10,694 bases of DNA from Archangiaceae bacterium (GTDB lineage Bacteria > Myxococcota > Myxococcia > Myxococcales > Myxococcaceae): the NCBI GenBank assembly GCA_043750125.1, contig JAYVCD010000250.1, positions 1 to 10,694 on the forward strand, written 5' to 3'. Under the pieces are notes generated by a model. It was given only the letters and a program-made list of their open reading frames with translations. It searched no databases and had not been told where the DNA came from. The translations under genes were made by a program, and so were the position numbers. This document shows, piece by piece, positions 7,901 through 10,694 of this stretch (position 1 is the first letter of the stretch; each line of letters begins with the position of its first letter).

Positions 7901-8851
7901 GGACACCCTCTGTAACCGGACCCCGACCGGGTCGCTGCTTTTGATGATTCTGCTCGCCGGTTGTTCGACGTTCAGCCCCGTCACCACTGCCCGAGACCTG
8001 GGGACCATCGGGTGGTTCCAGGCCGACCGGGACCAACGGTGGCAACCGGTCAACAAGGACGCCAGCTGCGAAGCCGTGGCGTCAAAAGTGCGCGAGGGAG
8101 AAGTCGTGGTGCTGGTGCATGGGGTCAACGGCGATGGCGACGAAATCAGCGCGCTGTTGCCCACCCTGGCGCGAGCCAAACCGTCGGCAGTCTTTCTCTA
8201 CCGCTGGGTGCCGTGGGACGAGCGCGATGCGATCGCCCGGGGGGCTTCGCTGCCGGAATCTCGCACCTGCTCGACTGCGTGCCCTGGGTTGATGGCCACC
8301 TGCTGGTCGTCGCTCACAGCGCCGGAGGCCTGGTCGTCGCCTATGGAGCGACCCGGCTGGACATTCCCAAGCGCGCGCGCACCGGCCCGGCGCTCTACGT
8401 GATGACGGTCGCCGCTGCGTTGGCGGGAATGGACGATCACCCGCCGAACCCGGGGGCCAGGCCGAAGCCCGCTTCATGCTCGACTTCGGAAACCCACATG
8501 ACCGAATACCCGGTCGCTCCGATGTCGATGGCCTCGGTGCATCTGCGCACCCAGTACCCGGGCGACCAGGTGATGAAGCCGACTGCCCAGCATGCCCCCA
8601 ACGACCCCAAGGTCGGGATTCCCGGCGCCCGACAGATCGATTTGCCTGCCCGCCTGACCCACGGCGGCGCGCGGAAGTACGTCGCTGAAAAGATCGCCGA
8701 CGGAACGTGGCGCGCCTGGTTCGACGACGGCGAGAATCTAGTGCGCAGCAATCTTCTGAAAGTAGGGGATCAGATCGGGAGCAAGGCCCGCGTCGGTCAT
8801 TTCGAAGTCGACCAGCACCGTTCCCATCAGAGCAATCTGCTTCGGCGGTGA
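7899..8851 (+). pseudogene. Alpha/beta-hydrolase (lipase-like) lipoprotein with homopolymer frameshifts, possibly intact in vivo
   Basis: The N-part (LLLMILLAG-C, VVLVHG, WDERDAIAR) is in one frame and the C-part (GFAAGISHLL...VVAHSAGG...LTHGG) in another, switching at G6 8239-8244. A second, compensating pair of shifts is likely at 8452-8492. Both ends are uncertain; the true stop may be near 8741. Confidence 0.75.
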
Positions 8852-9460
8852 CTGCGCCGGCGTGCCGTGAATCGCTCGGTGAAAGACCAACGCCGCAAGG
8901 TAGGTGCCCGCGGGCGAAGGGTGGTGTCCGTCTTCATCGTAGAGCTCGACGCTCGGCCGGTCTTTGCGTGACTCTTCCCACGCCGGCCCGACGAGCACCG
9001 CCGTTGCGCCCAGGTCTTTGGCGAGGGTCGAAAATGTCCGGGTCAGCCGGGCCTGATTTTCGGGCGCGTTCTTCTTCGGCCAGGTGACGAAGAGCATCGT
9101 GCGGGCTCCCACGGATTTGATCTTCGCATCGAACAATTTGGCGAACTCGGTCAGCTTCGCCGGCTCGTCCAGCGGGCGCATGCTGTGTTCCTGCAGCACC
9201 ACCCAGGTCCACTTCCGTGAGGCAATCTTGGCGATCGCTTCTCCTTTTCCCGCCGCCCAGTGCTGCTCGAGGGTCATGTTTCCCTCGGTCACCTGCTCGT
9301 AACGCATCGGGATTCCGTCGGCCCGCGCCATCGCGAGCACCATCCACGGAAGCGCGTGGGTCTCGGTGAAGCTGTTGCCGATGAAGAGGACTTCAACTTC
9401 TTTCTGGGGGCCGAGCGCAGGAGCCGCCAACAGAACCGCGGCGAGAAGTAGGGTGTGCAC
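8738..9460 (-). CDS. Secreted SGNH/GDSL-family hydrolase
   Basis: 240 aa with signal peptide HTLLLAAVLLAAPALG, block I VLFIGNSFT, VVLQEHS, and block V DGHHPS..G.YLAA. Confidence 0.9.
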   Translation of the reverse strand: MHTLLLAAVLLAAPALGPQKEVEVLFIGNSFTETHALPWMVLAMARADGIPMRYEQVTEGNMTLEQHWAAGKGEAIAKIASRKWTWVVLQEHSMRPLDEPAKLTEFAKLFDAKIKSVGARTMLFVTWPKKNAPENQARLTRTFSTLAKDLGATAVLVGPAWEESRKDRPSVELYDEDGHHPSPAGTYLAALVFHRAIHGTPAQSPPKQIALMGTVLVDFEMTDAGLAPDLIPYFQKIAAH

Positions 9461-9466
9461 CGGGCG

Positions 9467-9472
9467 ATCCTA
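9467..9472 (-). promoter_or_regulatory. Putative -10 box (TAGGAT) for a leaderless SGNH transcript
   Basis: TAGGAT-cgcccg-GTG: a TANNNT hexamer 6 nt before the start codon, with no Shine-Dalgarno between them. Confidence 0.4.
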
Positions 9473-9492
9473 CCCGCTAAATCAGCCCCTCG

Positions 9493-10694
9493 ATGCCCCG
9501 CGACGAGCGTCATTTCGATCAACTGCTGAAGTTGCTGCAGCTCGAGCGCGATGCCGAGGCGCTTCGGCTCGCCGAGGAACGCGAGACGCTTTCGTTGGGC
9601 GAGCTCGAGGCGCGCGGGCTGGTGCTGTTGGACCTCGAATCGAAGGAAGAATCGGTCGGACTGGGCGGCCGGGCGGTGGTGACCTTCGTCCGCGGCGATC
9701 GCCGTCCCCTGCCCGCATCGTTTTCTTCCGGAGACCTCGTCTCGGTCAGCCCGCGAAAGTCTCCGGTCGATCTTCCTCCCAGCGGCCTGGTGACCCGGGC
9801 GTCCCGTCAGCAGATTCAAGTCGCGTTCGACAAGCCGCCGCCGCCCTGGGTCAACGAAGGCCGGCTGCGGTTGGACAAGGTCGCCAACCAGGTCACGTAC
9901 GATCGAATTCGATCGGCGGTGCTCAAGGTGAAGGGCTACGAGCACGGCGCCGTACGCCAGCGGCGCGAAGTTCTGCTCGGCCGGGCCGAACCGCGCTTCG
10001 AACGCCTTCCCGACTTCATCCCCACCCGCGCCCTCAACCCCGAGCAGCGCGACGCAGTGGCGATGGCCCTCGCGGCGCAGGACTTCTTCCTCGTCCACGG
10101 ACCTCCGGGAACAGGCAAGAGCACGGTGCTGGCCGAAGTCGCTTTCCACCTCGCGGCGGGCGGAAAACGGCTGCTGTGCACCGCCGCGAGCAACGCCGCG
10201 GTCGATCACTTGCTCGAGCTGTGCCTGGCGCAGGGCTTAAGCGCAGTGCGGGTCGGGCATCCGGGTCGGGTGATGCCGCACCTTCAAGAGCACACGCTCG
10301 ACCTGCAGGTGGAAGAGCACCCCGATCGAATTTTGTCCCGCGAGCTGTTCGATGAGGCCTTCGAGCTGCAGGGCTACGCGCGTCGCCAGCGCAACCAGGG
10401 CCGCAGCCGGGCCCGCTTCTCGAATGCCCGCGAAGCGCAGTTCGAGGCCAGGCGGCTGATGGACGAAGCCCGGAAGCTCGAGCGCAAGGCCGTCAACACC
10501 GTGCTCGCGCGCTCCCAGGTGGTCTGCGCGACCTGTGCCTCGCTCGATGGACACGTGCTCTCAGGTGAGCTGTTCGACGTGGCGCTGCTCGATGAAGCGA
10601 CCCAGGCCACCGAGCCCACCGCGCTGATCGCGTTTACCAAAGCGCCGATCGTGATCCTCGCCGGAGACCCGCAGCAGCTGTCGGCCACCGTGCT
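9493..10694 (+). CDS. IGHMBP2/Upf1/DNA2-NAM7-like superfamily 1 helicase (3' end beyond window)
   Basis: Manual translation from ATG 9493 (MPRDERHFDQLLKLLQLER...) is open to the window end. Motifs LNPEQRDAV, Walker A GPPGTGKS (10099-10122), TAASNAAVD, VRVGHP, Walker B LLDEATQATEP and LAGDPQQL. Confidence 0.95.
   Translation, partial: MPRDERHFDQLLKLLQLERDAEALRLAEERETLSLGELEARGLVLLDLESKEESVGLGGRAVVTFVRGDRRPLPASFSSGDLVSVSPRKSPVDLPPSGLVTRASRQQIQVAFDKPPPPWVNEGRLRLDKVANQVTYDRIRSAVLKVKGYEHGAVRQRREVLLGRAEPRFERLPDFIPTRALNPEQRDAVAMALAAQDFFLVHGPPGTGKSTVLAEVAFHLAAGGKRLLCTAASNAAVDHLLELCLAQGLSAVRVGHPGRVMPHLQEHTLDLQVEEHPDRILSRELFDEAFELQGYARRQRNQGRSRARFSNAREAQFEARRLMDEARKLERKAVNTVLARSQVVCATCASLDGHVLSGELFDVALLDEATQATEPTALIAFTKAPIVILAGDPQQLSATV

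Noticed and set aside
7901..8179. 93-aa N-terminal extension of the minus-strand hydrolase
   Set aside because: It is antisense to the divergent gene, and the signal peptide and RBS support the ATG at 7900.
9289..10688. Listed ORFs of 306, 329, 105 and 104 aa
   Set aside because: Off-frame or antisense shadows of the helicase gene.

Overview
GC-rich bacterial DNA; the gene families suggest Myxococcota (inference). Bases ~1-1400 look like a decayed mobile-element scar. They hold a probable tRNA-Asn-like 3' end and terminator, the C-terminal tail of a probable large serine recombinase, an internal IS21 istA fragment joined directly to that tail, and an exported-protein gene disrupted by a 28-bp tandem duplication. 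Next come a YyaL/SPATA20 gene and, divergently, a glutaredoxin-cupin pair. A block of five predicted exported proteins follows: a Cys-rich choice-of-anchor-L-like lipoprotein, a two-CXXCH cytochrome c lipoprotein, two alpha/beta-hydrolase lipoproteins (one frameshifted) and an SGNH hydrolase. The window ends in an IGHMBP2/Upf1-like SF1 helicase that is missing from the ORF track. Several lesions fall in homopolymer runs, which suggests sequencing indel errors. I found no CRISPR array and no complete new system. The best leads are the tRNA-anchored recombinase scar and the hydrolase-cytochrome-Cys-rich lipoprotein cluster. All family calls come from motif recognition, not database searches.
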